A stretch of DNA of 64,000 nucleotides from Octopus vulgaris (GCA_951406725.2 OX597822.1:4774001-4838000), one strand, 5' to 3'; numbered from the stretch's first letter, positions 12,290-25,697 are shown. Translations and numbers: made by a program. The notes: generated by a model from the sequence alone, not told the origin.

Positions 12290-12712
12290 CATATAAAACC
12301 GAGACAGAACAAGTTGTAATTAAACAGGTTAAAATGAGATGAAAATGATGTAATTTCCTGGTTGAGCAATGTAAATTAAGATGAGAGGAAGGCTAAGAAA
12401 GCAGATGCAAATTAAAGCCCTGAGATGTTGAATCAAAGAAGAAAAGACTGGTATGGCTGTGAGATGTAGAATGGTAGATATGTAACTAAACAAATGCCAT
12501 AATTCAGTGATAAATGATAGCAAGTGCAGAGGTGGAGCAACAGAAATCTAGAACGAGGTAGTCAGGATTGATTTAAGAGATCTAAGGTTAGCAAAGGAAT
12601 TGACCGATGATAGATTAAGTTGATAAAAGGTGACTGTACAGATCTGCCCAATCACCATTAACAATGGTGATGAGAGGCTGTCAAAACACAAATGATAATT
12701 ATGATGATGAAT
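12290..12712 (+). mobile_element. Degenerate 3' end of an RTE-clade LINE
   Basis: Broken translation ...WYG...EVVRIDLRDLRLAKELTDDRL matches the RTE C-terminal pattern (RLRWYGHV...TW.EVVR.DL...T.DR..W); ends in an (ATG)n-like tail. Confidence 0.6.
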
Positions 12713-13628
12713 GAAAATATAGATTATTTATTTTACACAAGATTTTATTTGTGAATGTAAATCACGACAGCAACAACATCAACTGGAATGATACTTTTCA
12801 ATCAGGATTTCATGTTGTCAGGGATTACATTGATTAAATCTTTGTCCAATGTTTAGATTGGAAAGCTCTACTTGAACAAATTCTGCCTCCAAGCCATTTC
12901 ATTAAGCCATTTACACTTACAACATAGTTAGTTGCTTCATCAGATGTCAATGGTCAAACAAGTTCCATAGCTAACTTCAATAACATGCTGTCACCTGATT
13001 TTCTCTTGCTCAGGTGCAGAATTTAATGCCAAGAGAGAATGTTGTACTTTAATATACAATACTTCATTCTCTAGTAAGTGGTTCTCAGCATCAACATCAT
13101 ACATCTTCATCTTCAATAATGGTGTTACTCTGGCTGCTTTCTAAGTTTTGATATTTACCGATTTCATAAAGATGCTTGAGTTTTTTTTTTAACAGAATGA
13201 AACTGAATTTAAACGAAATGAAATTATATGAAAAATTATGAGTAAAACAAATTATGAAATGAAGATCTTTCAATTATAGATTAAAAAACAAGATATGGCT
13301 GTGTTAGTAGGTGTCAAACTATCAACTAGAGGTTTGTGAGTTCATATTCTTTCTCTTGCATTGTATTCACAAACTAAACAGTTAACTACCAACGGGTCAG
13401 TTCACTTAACTCTAAGTAAGCATTGCACTCAATGAGCAAGGACATCATAAAGGCATTCTATGTCCCTGGTGCAAAGCAATGTACTTTTAATGCCCTGACA
13501 TGTAAAACTACAGCATACATAGATTAGCATTTGGCTTCTAAACCCATTAGGTGTCCAAGCAACTATCTGCAGTGCTCCTGCCTTAAGACGATGCTATTTA
13601 TGGATGCCAAAAGGTTAGAAAGTTTATT

Positions 13629-13857
13629 TTAACCCTTTAGCATCCAGATAAACCTATCAAATGTAATGCTTGTTGACTTAGATTGGTTTACATTGAGTTA
13701 ATCATGCATTATCTTGTAACTTTGATATTTCAATGATGTGATTGTTTAATTTAGAATGATATTATAGGGTAGGTGTAGAAAGCCAGATCTAGCTGGTTTG
13801 AACATGAAACAGGTAGAATATTTAGGCCAGATATGACTGGTTTAAATGATAGAGGGT
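13629..13857. mobile_element. piggyBac-like MITE, family E
   Basis: TTAAccctttagcat ... aaatgatagaggg; same body as 31878-32096. Confidence 0.75.
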
Positions 13858-14891
13858 CCAGCCATAACAATACTGTAAAACTGGAATTCAATTGTTCTAG
13901 TTCTCAAGACTGGGTTTAACTTCAGTAGAGATAGATTGTGAGTGATAAGCTGTCAGCTTTGCTTGCCTAACAATCACTGTTAATTAAAAAGGATAGGTCT
14001 TTACCGCACTAACCAACCCCTAGAGGGGTATAAGCCTTTAAATACTTAAGAAGAGCAAAAATTGATTATTTATTTCTCTTGCTAATATTTATAAATATAT
14101 ATATATCCATTAATTTAATTTCCTTCATCACTTTTTTTAGTCAGCTGAGGATAATGCTGTTTTGCTAAAGAATGGTTTTATTTTCTGTTCAAATTTGCTA
14201 TTTTAATGTCAAAATCTCTCACATGCTGACAGAAAATAAAGGAACAAAAAATAACATCAGCTGCTAATCAAAGTTTTTACTGGAATTTTTTTGTGAAAAT
14301 ATTGAAAAACTTTTTAATGCTGATCCATCAAAAATACAAATTTTTAATTAAAAACCTGGAGAAATTAAATTAAAAATAAAAATGATTGGAGTTAACAGGT
14401 TTTTATTAGATGTTACATCAAAAAATTGCATGGTAAGAATATTTTCAAGAAAAATTGCAAAATATTGAAGCAGGAAATAAAATAACAAAACCATAATTTT
14501 AAATAAAATCACAATAAATAAAATATTAGTTTAAGTTTCCTCATCAATTACTATAAATTTAATTTGCAAATAAATAAATAAACAAATTCTCAATATTTTG
14601 AATTTTCTGAAACCAACAATTGGGAGATTGAAAACAAAATAAATTAGAAAAAGAAAGAAATGAAATATCATGGAATGAGTTAAGTAATATAATTCATCTG
14701 TTTTTGTTGTTGTTGTTGTTTTTAAACAATGGAAAATATTAGCAGGAAAAATTAAATGACTACAATGAAAATTGCAATTTGTAACTTTAGTTACATTGTT
14801 GCCAGAAATTAAGCATAGATTTTAATGAATCTCAATTTAGAAGAGAAACTACATGTTTAGTATATTTCACAAGTTTGAAAGGAGAAGCACC

Positions 14892-15259
14892 TACTCTTTT
14901 ACTTGTTTCAGTCATTTGACTGCGGCCATGCTGGAGCACCGCCTTTAATCGAGCAACTCGACCCCGGGACTTATTCTATCGGTCTCTTTTGCTGAACCGC
15001 TAAGTAACGGGGACATAAACACACCAGCATCGGTTGTCAAGCAATGCTAGGGGGACAAACACAGACACACAAACACACACACGCATATATATACATATAT
15101 ACGACGGGCTTCTTTCAGTTTCTGTCTACCAAATCCACTCACAAGGCTTTGGTCGGCCCGAGGCTATAGTAGAAAACACCTGCCCAAGGTGCCACGCAGT
15201 GGGACAGAACCCATAACCATGTGGTTGGTAAATAAGCTACTTACCACACAGCCACACCT
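14892..15259 (-). mobile_element. tRNA-derived SINE, family B (CORE-like ccttgggcaagt), near full length
   Basis: Minus: ggctgtgtggtaagtagcttat...ggcaccttgggcagg...internal (TA)/(TG) tract...gactgaaacaagtaaaagag; closely matches 24161-24574 and 42071-42487. Confidence 0.9.
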
Positions 15260-15932
15260 ATTACTTTTCTGATAATATCTCGCTTTTTTATACTTCAATT
15301 TTTGGGGAATATTGTGTCATAAAAGAGACATTTGACCATGTGCAAGAAATTGGGTAAATTGTCAAATTATCTCAGCTGAAGATAATTATATTAGAACTTG
15401 AGGATATGAATGATCTGCTATAGTAAGAGTCATCATCAACATCATCATCCGTCTCGGCATGAGTTTAGCAATTCAAATGGAACTGTGAATGTTCTTACTG
15501 GAGATAGATTTACATGGTCAGAGTATCATGACTAGCTGTCGCAGTTTGGGCATAGTTTCTATGGCTGGATGCTCTTCCTAATCCTAACCCTTTTGCAATA
15601 GGCACTGGGGTACTGTAGATAAAATTCAAAGTGTGAGCTATGCTGTATTGTGGAAGAGCATTTAATGACTAGGGAAGAAGTCTTTATTGGAGAAGAACTA
15701 ATGGCTCTCCCCATTGAAAAACTACTCCAAAATATATGAGCTATACCCCACTATGGACAAAATGCAAATATAAGTTCCCATGTCAGAACAGTTGCTCTCG
15801 ATATATCAATACCTAAATAATGAAGAACTGACAAAGCAGCTAGACTAAGCCATGCTGATTGGAAAACAAATGAAACGACATCAGTAAATAAAAATAATAA
15901 TAAACAAAATATTTAATTAATTTTTTTTAAAT

Positions 15933-16516
15933 TCTTTTATTTGCTTCAACTGCGGGCATGCTGAAGCACTGCCTTGGAGTGTTTTTGGTGAACAACTTGA
16001 TCCCAGAACTTACTTTTAAGTTCTAGTACTTATTCTACCGATCTCTTTGCTGAGCCGCTAAGTTACAGGAACGTAAACGCACCAACACTGGTTGTCAAGT
16101 GATGATAGGGGGAGGGACAAACATAGACACAAAGACATACACACACAGACATATAAATACATGCATACACACACACATATATACGATGGGTTTCTTTCAG
16201 TTTCCAAATCCACTTACAAGGCTTTGGCTGGCCCAAAGCTATAGTAGAAGACACTTGGCTCAAGGTGCCACATAGTGGGAATGAACCCAGAACTATGTGG
16301 TTGAGAAGAAAGCTTCTTACTACACACCGACACCTGCACTTATATATATATATATATGACAAGCTTCTTTCAATTTCCGTCCACGAAATCCACCCACAAG
16401 GCTTTGGCTGGCCCATGGCTATAGTAAAAGACACTTGCTCAAGGTTCCACACAGTGGGACTAAACCCAGAACCATGTGGTTGGGGAGCAAGCTTCTTATC
16501 ACACAGCCACACCTGT
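15933..16516 (-). mobile_element. Family B SINE plus a tandem second head
   Basis: Full copy ~15933-16336 and an extra 5' half ~16357-16516, same orientation, separated by (TA)n. Confidence 0.8.
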
Positions 16517-17291
16517 ACATATTTATAGAGAGAGCAATTACTGTCTCTGAAAACATGAAAAGGAGTTACAGAAAGGATAGGATTCTGGTACTGAAAATAT
16601 TCTAAATTTAGGACTCTGTCGCATACTCATGGTTCTACTATCATACAGAAAAGTGATGGATGCCAAATTCACATTAAATACATTTATGAAAGAGTCAAGC
16701 AATTTTCTCTCTAATGTAAACAAAAGAAAAATCAAATTAAATTGCTGACATTTTGAAATTTAAGTTAATATCTATATATTAATCAATATCAAAGGAAACA
16801 GCTTAAATCTGGATGGTTGTGTGTATGCATGTGAGTGTATTTGTATGTTATACATACATGCATGAATATCTGTATCTATCAGGGATGTTTAGTAAAATTA
16901 AGAATTAAACTAATCCTTTATGAGTTAGAGTGAAAAAGAGGGCAATAAAAATATATGAAGGCGGAGGTGTGTCTGATGCATTCTTTGATTATATTCCAAT
17001 ATTATTTCCTTCTGCAGGAATGCAAATTAATTCATTATTGTTATATAAATGCTCCAGAATTCCTGTAAATGGTAGCAATTGTACCCACTACCACTCAACT
17101 CCATACACACATATCAAAGGACCACAAAGCATGCAAGTAAAATAGGAATTAAACAAACAAAAAAAACTTCACAAATGTTCTTTTGAAATCACAGCATCCA
17201 GTAATTTTCATTTCTCAAAAATATATTGTTATTTATTGCATATGCAAACTATTGTTATATCTACATATCTATCTACATCTACCTATGTATG

Positions 17292-17340
<49 letters not shown>

Positions 17341-17377
17341 GCAACAGATATGTATGTATGTGTGTGTGTATATATAT

Positions 17378-17673
17378 ATGGCCCAGTGGTTAGGGCAGCG
17401 GACTCGCGGTCGCAGGATCGCGGTTTAGATTCCCAGACCGGGCGTTGTGAGTGTTTATTGAGTGAAAACACCTAAAAGCTCCACGAGGCTCGGGCAGGGG
17501 GTGGTGATCCCTGCTGTACTCTTTCACCACACTTTCTCCCACTCTTTCTTCTGTTGGCCTGCTCGCTTAGCCAGCGGGGTGGTGTCATTCGAAGGCTAAA
17601 ACAATGCGAACGCATTGTGACCAGCGATGTGTAACAACATCTGATAGCCTGGTCAGTCACGGTGATCACGGTG
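17378..17673 (+). mobile_element. SINE family A, tail type 2, inserted in (TA)n
   Basis: Same head as 7491, but the tail is ttggcctgctcgcttagcc...cacggtgatcacggtgat, as in 39694-40006. Confidence 0.88.
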
Positions 17674-17694
17674 ATATATATATATATGCACATC

Positions 17695-17850
17695 TGTGTG
17701 TAAGAAGCTTGCTTCCTAACCATCTAACGACATGGTTTTGGGTTCAGTCCCACTGCATGGCACCTTGGGCAAGTGTCTTCTAGTATAGCCTTGGGCTGAC
17801 CAAAGCCTTGTGAGTGGATTTGGTAGACGGAAACTGAAAGAAGCCTGTTG
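17695..17850 (+). mobile_element. Family B SINE 5' half
   Basis: ctgtgtgtaagaagcttgc...gggttcagtcccactgcatggcaccttgggcaagtg...gaaagaagcc. Confidence 0.8.
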
Positions 17851-18799
17851 TGTATATATATATATACATACGTATGTGTGTGTGTGTGCATGTATGTGTG
17901 TATTTGTCAACCAAAGCACCTAGTTATGTTCTGAATTTAAACCCCACTCATTATGTCTACTCTTTTAATGTTCATAGAAATAAGTGTGTGTGTGGAGGGT
18001 GGGGTGTCAATGCAACTGCATATTCACTGGAAAGCAGAATTGCTGCATAAGCATAACCCAATGACTGAAACCTGTATAAGAACAGAAGCATAAACACATA
18101 CATGTGTGTGTGTGTGTGTCTATTTAAAAACAATCCTCATAAGGATTTGCAGAGGATGGATTTGAAGAATTTATACATTGCTGAAGTAATAGCTTTTACA
18201 GCTGGAATTATTGCTAATGGTAAAATATTTATCAAAGAATGAAACTTGCTGTTAGGAAAATTGCTGCAAGCAGAATTAAGCAGCTGAAGGCAAATTTGAA
18301 CCTTTTTATTTGATGGTTGAGTCAGACGACCAGTGCTGTGCCCTTGACCTTCACAACCCCATAAAGACCCTTTTAAGCTAATGGATGAAGGACAAAAAAT
18401 ATTTTTTTTAAAATAGGAAAAAAGAAAAAAAACACGGGTTTCTACTGGAATTGCAGTGGTTCAGAGTTGTAAAGAGGAAGAAATTTGTGAGGTGCTTAAG
18501 TGTTGGGTCTAACAAGGTACAGCAAAGAAAGGGTCTAAGAAGAAATAAGTGTGTCCATGTAGGGCTCAAGAGGTTGAGACTGTAGAGGAGAAATATGGAG
18601 AAATAACAACATTGCTTGTAGCTTGCAATCTTCAGAAGAGAAAATGTAAACACATACACATGCACACATGTATATTCGGCAAACTTCTTTTGGTTTCCAG
18701 CTACCATGTCCACTTGCAAGTCTTTTGATAGTTTTTACTCACACATTTATGTATATGAACAAACTGACACGGGATAGAGGGTCCCTGGCAGACAATATC

Positions 18800-19145
18800 T
18801 CTGGTGCTGATGACATGAAAAGAACTGCACCCAGTCTACACTGCAAAGTGGTTGGATATGGATCCAGGCATCCAGCATCCAGTCGACACTGTAAAGTGGT
18901 TGGCATTAGGAAGAGCATACAGCAGTGAAAATCATACCAAAACTAAACTTGCCTGTGAAGTGCTATGTAAATAGCACTGAGTCTATTCTGTAGAGTGGTT
19001 GGTGTTAGGAAGGGCATCCAACTGTAAAAACCCTGCCAAAACAGACAGACACAGCAGCCCAGGATAGTCTTCTACCTGGCTGGTTCCTGTCAACCATCCG
19101 ACCCATGCATGCATGGAAGATAGACGTTAAACGATGATGATGATG

Positions 19146-19146
<1 letters not shown>
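18800..19146 (+). mobile_element. SINE family C 3' part with (GAT)n tail
   Basis: gtggttggtgttaggaagggcatccaactgtaaaaac...ccgacccatgcatgcatggaagatagacgttaaacgatgatgatgat; the gtggttgg..agg motif is repeated three times upstream. Confidence 0.8.
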
Positions 19147-19185
<39 letters not shown>

Positions 19186-19187
<2 letters not shown>

Positions 19188-19412
19188 CATCATTTAACAT
19201 CCGATTTTCCATGCTTGCATGGATCGGAAAAGTGTTTATCTGAGGCCCCTTTTTTTATAACTAATTGCCCTTCCTGTTGCTGACCCTCAATGTTTTATAA
19301 GTAAGGTAATATTTCTCCATGACCAGACATGTTCTTGTAGAATACTGGAAATGGACGACTGCTTGTATAACTGTGACACCCACTTACAACTATCACATGA
19401 TATCAAGACAAG
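19186..19412 (-). mobile_element. Older family C-like SINE tail, inverted relative to 18800-19146
   Basis: catcatttaacatccgattttccatgcttgcatgg...gcccttcctgttgc... Confidence 0.65.
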
Positions 19413-19415
19413 GCG

Positions 19416-19448
<33 letters not shown>

Positions 19449-19769
19449 TATTAATATACATAAATTTTACAACTCATAATTCCAAATTTACACTAGTAAC
19501 AATCTTTCAGACAACCAACATCAAGGGAAATCAATGATGAAAGTTATTATTGCAAAGAAGAGACTGCTTGGATTTTAGTTATACAAAGACTGTCTCTCAT
19601 ATAAAATGTCCAAGTTACAATACTATTCACTTTAAATATTGTAATATATATAAAAGACAAACTGATTTTGTTTTTGTTTTCCTGCTCCTTATTGAACCTT
19701 TTTAGTTCTTTAGTCATTTAATGCTCTTATTTCTTTATCTCTCTCTCTCTTTCTCTCTGACACATATTA

Positions 19770-20088
19770 GCACTCTGTCAGTTACAATGAAGAGGTTCAA
19801 GTTGATCCACTTAACAGAACAAGCCTGCTCATGAAATTCACATTCAAATGGGCAAGCACTCGGTAGACATGTGTAACTTTTATGTAGTTTACAGTGAGAT
19901 TCAGCGTGGCACAGAATATGGCATGGCCAGCCCTTTAAAACACAGGTACTACTCATTTTTGCCAGCCAAATGGACTGGATCAGGGAATAAAGCGTCTTGA
20001 TGAAGGACACAACATGCTGCCAGAAATCAAACTCAGGACCTTAAGATTGAAAGCTGAATACCCTAACCACTAAGCCATGCCCCTTCAC
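19770..20088 (-). mobile_element. Old tRNA SINE with gtgtccttcatcaagac core and family A type-1 tail
   Basis: Head gtgaaggggcatggcttagtggttaggg...gagtttgatttc; the tail aligns by eye to 40475-40650. Confidence 0.7.
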
Positions 20089-20847
20089 TTCCTCTCAAAC
20101 ATAGAATTAACGTGGATAACAATCAACAGAGAAGCGAAGCTAATTTTTTGGCTATGGCTTATAAAATACTATTTATTTTCTGTAATGTAAGTAGACAATT
20201 CTACAAAATTTTTAAGGGATTACTGTTCAAAATGTTTTTGCGAGAGAGAGAGGGGGGGGAGAGATATTGAGATTACAAGTATCTGCCATCATAACTTTAT
20301 ATCATCCAAGAGAAATCAAAACAGTTAAATATGTGAAAGTATGCCAACAAACTACTATTGTTCCTGAAAGTTGTATTGTATACCTCCTATGGACTTCTTG
20401 AAGCTTACTAACTTCCTACACCTGGATGCATAAATATTTCTTAAAATACATCAGGATTGCACCATAAAGCGGAAATTGAACAAAAGGTTTGACAAACTAG
20501 GTCCAAAATGATATAAGTTAATGTAATGTCTTGTAGATTTTGTGAACAAAAGATCTTGCAACTTTCAAGAAACGAGAAATTTCTAAATCACCATGCTTAG
20601 CCTTCAAAGCCAAAATCTCAGCATGCCTTTTGCTTTCATTAGTAAGTATAGGGCCTGTCATTGTTATTTTCTGAAATAGAAGTTCAATAAAAATTAGTCA
20701 AATAAAATAATGACTAAAAATGTGTGTCCTCAAATACTCTCCGCACTCTGTATTTATCTTCTGACAGTTTGCTTCTCTATAAATGCAACAGGTTCTCAGA
20801 AATACAACTGTGTTTTGGTATAATTTATGTTTATCTTCATTTTTTAA

Positions 20848-21225
20848 TTCTTTTACATGTTTCAGCCATCTGACTGTGGCCTTGCTGGGGCACCACCTCG
20901 AAGAGTTTTAGTTGAAGAAAATCAACCCCAGGACTTATTCTGTCACTTTTTAAAGCCTGGTATTTATTCTATCGGTCACTTTTGCTGAACTGTTACATTA
21001 CAGGCACGTAAATAGACCAGCACAGGTTGTCAAGTGATAATGGGGGCAAAGCACAGACACACACACATGATGGGCTTCTTTCAGTTTCTGTCTATCAAAT
21101 CCATTCCCAAGATTTTGGTAGCTCTGAAGCTGTAGCAGAAGACACTTGCCCAAAGTGCCATGCTGTGAGACTGAAACTGGAACCATGTGGTTGGGAAGCA
21201 AGCTACTTACCACACAGCTGTGCCT
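20848..21225 (-). mobile_element. Family B SINE (diverged)
   Basis: Similarity to 24161-24574 along its length. Confidence 0.8.
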
Positions 21226-21285
21226 GCACCTGTTGTATATGTACTGAATTTTTATTTTTAATTCAGTTTGCCTACAGTCATTACA

Positions 21286-21516
<231 letters not shown>

Positions 21517-22450
21517 AAGAGAAAGCAGAAGTAAGGAATTGAGAAAATTATAGGTAGACAGACAAATATTATCACTTTTTCTCATTAATCTATGTAAAAA
21601 CAAATAACCTCTTAAAAATTAGGTTTTGTAGCTTGGAGCAGATAAATGTATTCTGATATTTAGTTCAAGTTTAGAGAGCTTACCTTGTACATAAAAAAAA
21701 AACCCAATAGAGATTTATTTATTTTACTTATTTAAAAAAAAAAAATTTTTTTGTTATAGCAGTAGATATATTACTTTAGTAACATTTTTCTTTATTGACT
21801 TATTTTGATTCTAAATTGCTGTAATTCAAATATACTCAGGAAGCAGTGTAATCTTAGAATGTCTCTTGGGATGAAACCAAAGAATTTTGACATTGCTTAG
21901 CTGTTTTGAGGCAATTATTCTTTGAAGCATGCCAACATGATATTGGTAAACATCGCATAACTTTAAATGTACACTAATATGTACTAATGCACACATAAAC
22001 ACACACACACACACACATCACAGGGATGCATAGATCAACAGACAGACTGGTGGATGAATAGATAATCAGAAGAGGAATCATACCACAAGCATTTTCGTTG
22101 CTCCTCCAATCTCAAATTTTCTACTAATTGTTCTAATCTTTGAAAACATTTTCATAGCCTTGTAGACAACAGCCCTAGATTCCCAAATTCCTTATTGTTT
22201 GGATAATTTAAGAAATAATGAAAAGATTTAGTACAGGCCAAAATAAGATAATATTAAACACATTATACATACATGTACTTGGTCTATCTGTCTAGCTAAT
22301 TATCAGCCAATACATCTATCCATTTTCTTGTTAGCTATCAATCTATACATGCATATACTTTATTGATTGTCTCTCCATCTATCTATCTAGCTAGTTATCT
22401 CTCTCTCTCTCTCTCTCCCTCTAGCTGTCTGTCTGTCTATCTATATATAT

Positions 22451-22648
22451 CATCATCATCATCATCATCGTCATTTAGCATCTGGTTTCCATTCTGGTGT
22501 GCGTTAGACGGTTTGACTGAAACTGGTAAGCTGGAGAGCTGCACCAGGTTCCAATCTGATTTGGCTTGGTTTCTATGGCTGGATGCCCTTCCTAATGCCA
22601 ACCACTCCAAGAGTGTAATGGGTGCTTTTTACATGCCACTAGCATATC
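22451..22648 (-). mobile_element. SINE family C 3' part
   Basis: (CAT)n-tttagc...ggctggatgcccttcctaatgccaaccactccaagagtgtaatgggtgc. Confidence 0.8.
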
Positions 22649-22689
22649 AGGACCATTGAACTCTGCACATTTTTCCCTGTTTTTTTAAT

Positions 22690-22838
22690 TCTCTCTCCAT
22701 TTTTTTACCTCTTAATCATCTCTGTCATAGTGCATAGGCTCAAAACATAAAAGACATTTCTATTATTCCCGAGTGTTAAACTAATGTACCTGTTTGTTGT
22801 TCCTACACCTGTTTCATCTTTTGTTTTCTATAAATTTG

Positions 22839-22843
<5 letters not shown>
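22690..22843 (+). mobile_element. Probable Penelope-like terminal-repeat remnant with a decayed hammerhead-like motif, abutting (TA)n
   Basis: tct-CTGTCATA-gtgc-atag-gctc-AAAA-cata-aaaga (22719-22754) has hammerhead topology with several core mismatches, followed by a U-rich tail into (TA)n. Confidence 0.35.
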
Positions 22844-22887
<44 letters not shown>

Positions 22888-22930
22888 TATGTACTTCAAT
22901 GTATGTCCATCAGTCCATCCATCTAGCTAC

Positions 22931-22992
<62 letters not shown>

Positions 22993-23026
22993 CAAACTAT
23001 ATTACGAATCTCTCCCTCTCTCTCTG

Positions 23027-23110
<84 letters not shown>

Positions 23111-23125
23111 CACACACAGACAGAC

Positions 23126-23164
<39 letters not shown>
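22843..23164. repeat. Compound microsatellite block (TA, CA, CT, GA, GACA, GATA)
   Basis: Direct reading. Confidence 0.92.
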
Positions 23165-24160
23165 CTGTTCATACATCTATCCATTCACCCAGCCACCTAT
23201 TTGTCTATATACATACATAGATACTATGGTCTAAGCACCTAACTCTATGGTGGAAAGAATCTAGTTCGCTCAAGTTCTATGCCCACCAACACACTCACTT
23301 ATTAGAATAAATGAATTTTTTTCCTTTTGTAGATATTTATATCAAGCAAACTGACACAGTTGATTGGACAAAGCCTGTGAGATTTAGTGCTGTCAACTCA
23401 GTATATCCATTTCACCAGTTAACCTGTCAAACATCATGCAACTTTTGCACATTGCTTTTGAACAGATAAGTTTAATTATATTGAAATGATCATTTAAGAG
23501 AAAGTCTTGTTTGTAATATGGAAACATTAATTAGTGAATAATTGAATTAGACATTAATGCCATTTGCAACATTTCTCAAGTTAGAATGAAGCCTGCTGTG
23601 AATCAGGCAATACAATGCAAAGAGCCCACGGACATTCAACGCAGTACTTCCAAAAAGGAGGAAGGGGAGGAGAGTTTTAACTACTAATGATATTTAGCAT
23701 GACTGTGTTTTAAGCTCACAGCTATTACACCTATAAAAAGAGGTTACGGATTTATTTATCGAATACATTGATGTGATTAGTGTGAACTGCTTGACTTTTC
23801 CTGACCAAAGATATTTATCTGCAAGTGGTAAGCTTACAGATCCCCCTTTCATCACCACCAGGAAATGTGCTACCTGTTCCATAAAGCAAAGTAACTTGAA
23901 TCAATGTTCAATTATCTTACAAATACAAGGGAATACTTGCAAAAATGTTTTAAAATGCACAATCTACAAACATTTAATCCAAGTGCATATGTATGCATTC
24001 CATCTGCACACAGCATTGATAGACAACATATGGACAATATGTATCTTTAGTTGAGGTATGCATTTTTAATAGGTATGTTTGGATGTTTTCCATTCATTCA
24101 TGTATGTGTTAGTATGTATATCCATGTATGTTGTATGGTCTATAATACATGTCAATTGCA

Positions 24161-24574
24161 TACTCTCTCTTTTACTCTTTTACTTGTTTCAGTCATTTGA
24201 CTGCGACCATGCTGGAGCACCGCCTTTAGTCGAGCAAATCGACCCCAGGACTTATTCTTTGTAAGCCCAGCACTTATTCTACCGGTCTCTTTTGCCGAAC
24301 CGCTATGTGACGGGGACGTAAACACACCAGCATCGGTTGTCAAGCAATGCTAGGGGGACAAACACAGACACACAAACACACATATACATATATATACATA
24401 TACATATATACGACAGGCTTCTTCCAATTTCCGTCTACCAAATCCACTCACAAGGCATTGGTTGGCCCGAGGCTATAGTAGAAGACAATTGCCCAAGACG
24501 CCACGCAGTGGGACTGAACCTGGAACCATGTGGTTGGTAAGCAAGCTACTTACCACACAGCCACTCCTGTGTCT
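24161..24574 (-). mobile_element. Family B SINE, young full-length copy
   Basis: CpG-rich; closely matches 42071-42487. Confidence 0.9.
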
Positions 24575-24669
24575 GTATGCATATTTGTATATATAATTAA
24601 TACACTTGTATCTGTAAAGAATTTTATGGATTATGATTTGTACATATATATATGCATATACATATCTTT

Positions 24670-24985
24670 TGTCCTTTACTTATTTCAGTCATTGGACTGT
24701 GATCCTGCTGAGGCACTGCCTTGAAGTTGAACAAATTAACCCCAGTACTTATTTCTTGTCTTTTGTTGAACTGCTAAGTTACAAGGAAATAAACAAACTA
24801 ACTTCGTTTTTCAAGTGGTGGTTGGTGATAATCACAAACACACACACACACTCAACAGGTTTCGATTTCTTCTCACCAAATCCACTCACAAGACTGGTTG
24901 GCCTGAGGTTATAGTAGAAGACACTTACCTAAGGTGCCATGCAGTGTGACTGAACTCAGAACTATGTGACTGAAAAGCATGCCTC
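24670..24985 (-). mobile_element. Family B SINE (old)
   Basis: Diverged match to 24161-24574. Confidence 0.7.
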
Positions 24986-25437
24986 TGAGTATGTGTGTCA
25001 TTATCATCATCATTTAACATCTGTTTTCTATGCTGGTATAGGTTGGACGGTTTGACTGGAGACACACGCACACACATATATGTATGAAGTCAGACAAGAA
25101 TATTTGAGTGGTAGTAGAATGAACTTCACCAGTTACAAGGCACAGAATCTATCATAGTAACGGTAGAACAGCCACAGAGAGGAAACAGTAAACTTCTGGA
25201 TTAGAGGCTGGGGTGTATTTTGGAGAGACTTTATGCCAATAAATCAGTTAGGTCTTATCCAGATGTCTGTGCAGTTGTAGGACTATTCCAGAATTAGGTT
25301 TCACCTGTCTTCTTTTTAAACAAAACACACACACACACACACACATATATATGATCATAACTTTTTCATTTTTTCCTAAATAAACACATGCACTAATTAT
25401 TTGTACTTCACTCATTTATCGCTGTTCTTATTTCCAT

Positions 25438-25481
25438 TGTCTGGAAATCTTTCCTCACGCATCTGTGACCTGTTCAGCAAC
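25438..25481 (-). ncRNA. Minimal hammerhead ribozyme motif (family 2, left copy)
   Basis: Minus: GUUG-CUGAACA-G-GUCACA-gaug-CGUGAG-GAAA-GAUU-UC-CAGACA. Confidence 0.55.
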
Positions 25482-25515
25482 TAAATGGAGCAGGAGCACA
25501 CACAAGGACAGAAAG

Positions 25516-25560
25516 TGTCACTGAAGAGGTCACAGACGTGTGACAAAAGATTTCTGGACA
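25516..25560 (+). ncRNA. Minimal hammerhead ribozyme motif (family 2, right copy)
   Basis: UGUCA-CUGAAGA(25521-25527)-G-GUCACA-gacg-UGUGAC-aAAA-GAUU-UC-UGGACA; perfect 6-bp stem II; the G of GAAA is lost at a CpG. Confidence 0.65.
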
Positions 25561-25697
25561 ATTGGACATGAGTTGAAATAAGAACAGTAATAAACAAGTG
25601 AAGAACGAATATATAGTGTGTGTGTTTATTTGGCAAAAAAAAAAAGAAAAAAGAAAATGAAAAATGACAGTCCTGAAATACTAAAATATATATCTAT

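Larger units (their letters stand above)
25362..25664. mobile_element. Head-to-head inverted pair of hammerhead-bearing short elements (second family; Penelope-like pLTR or retrozyme)
   Basis: 25362-25481 is the diverged reverse complement of 25516-25664, with a ~35-nt spacer. Confidence 0.75.

Noticed and set aside
12990-13140. Minus-strand ~49-codon open stretch KAARVTPLL...EQEKIR
   Set aside because: No recognisable homology and no convincing splice sites.
25085-25325. Another hammerhead (cagaa...gaaacagta...ttctg)
   Set aside because: No recognisable CUGANGA core or stem II; too degenerate to claim.
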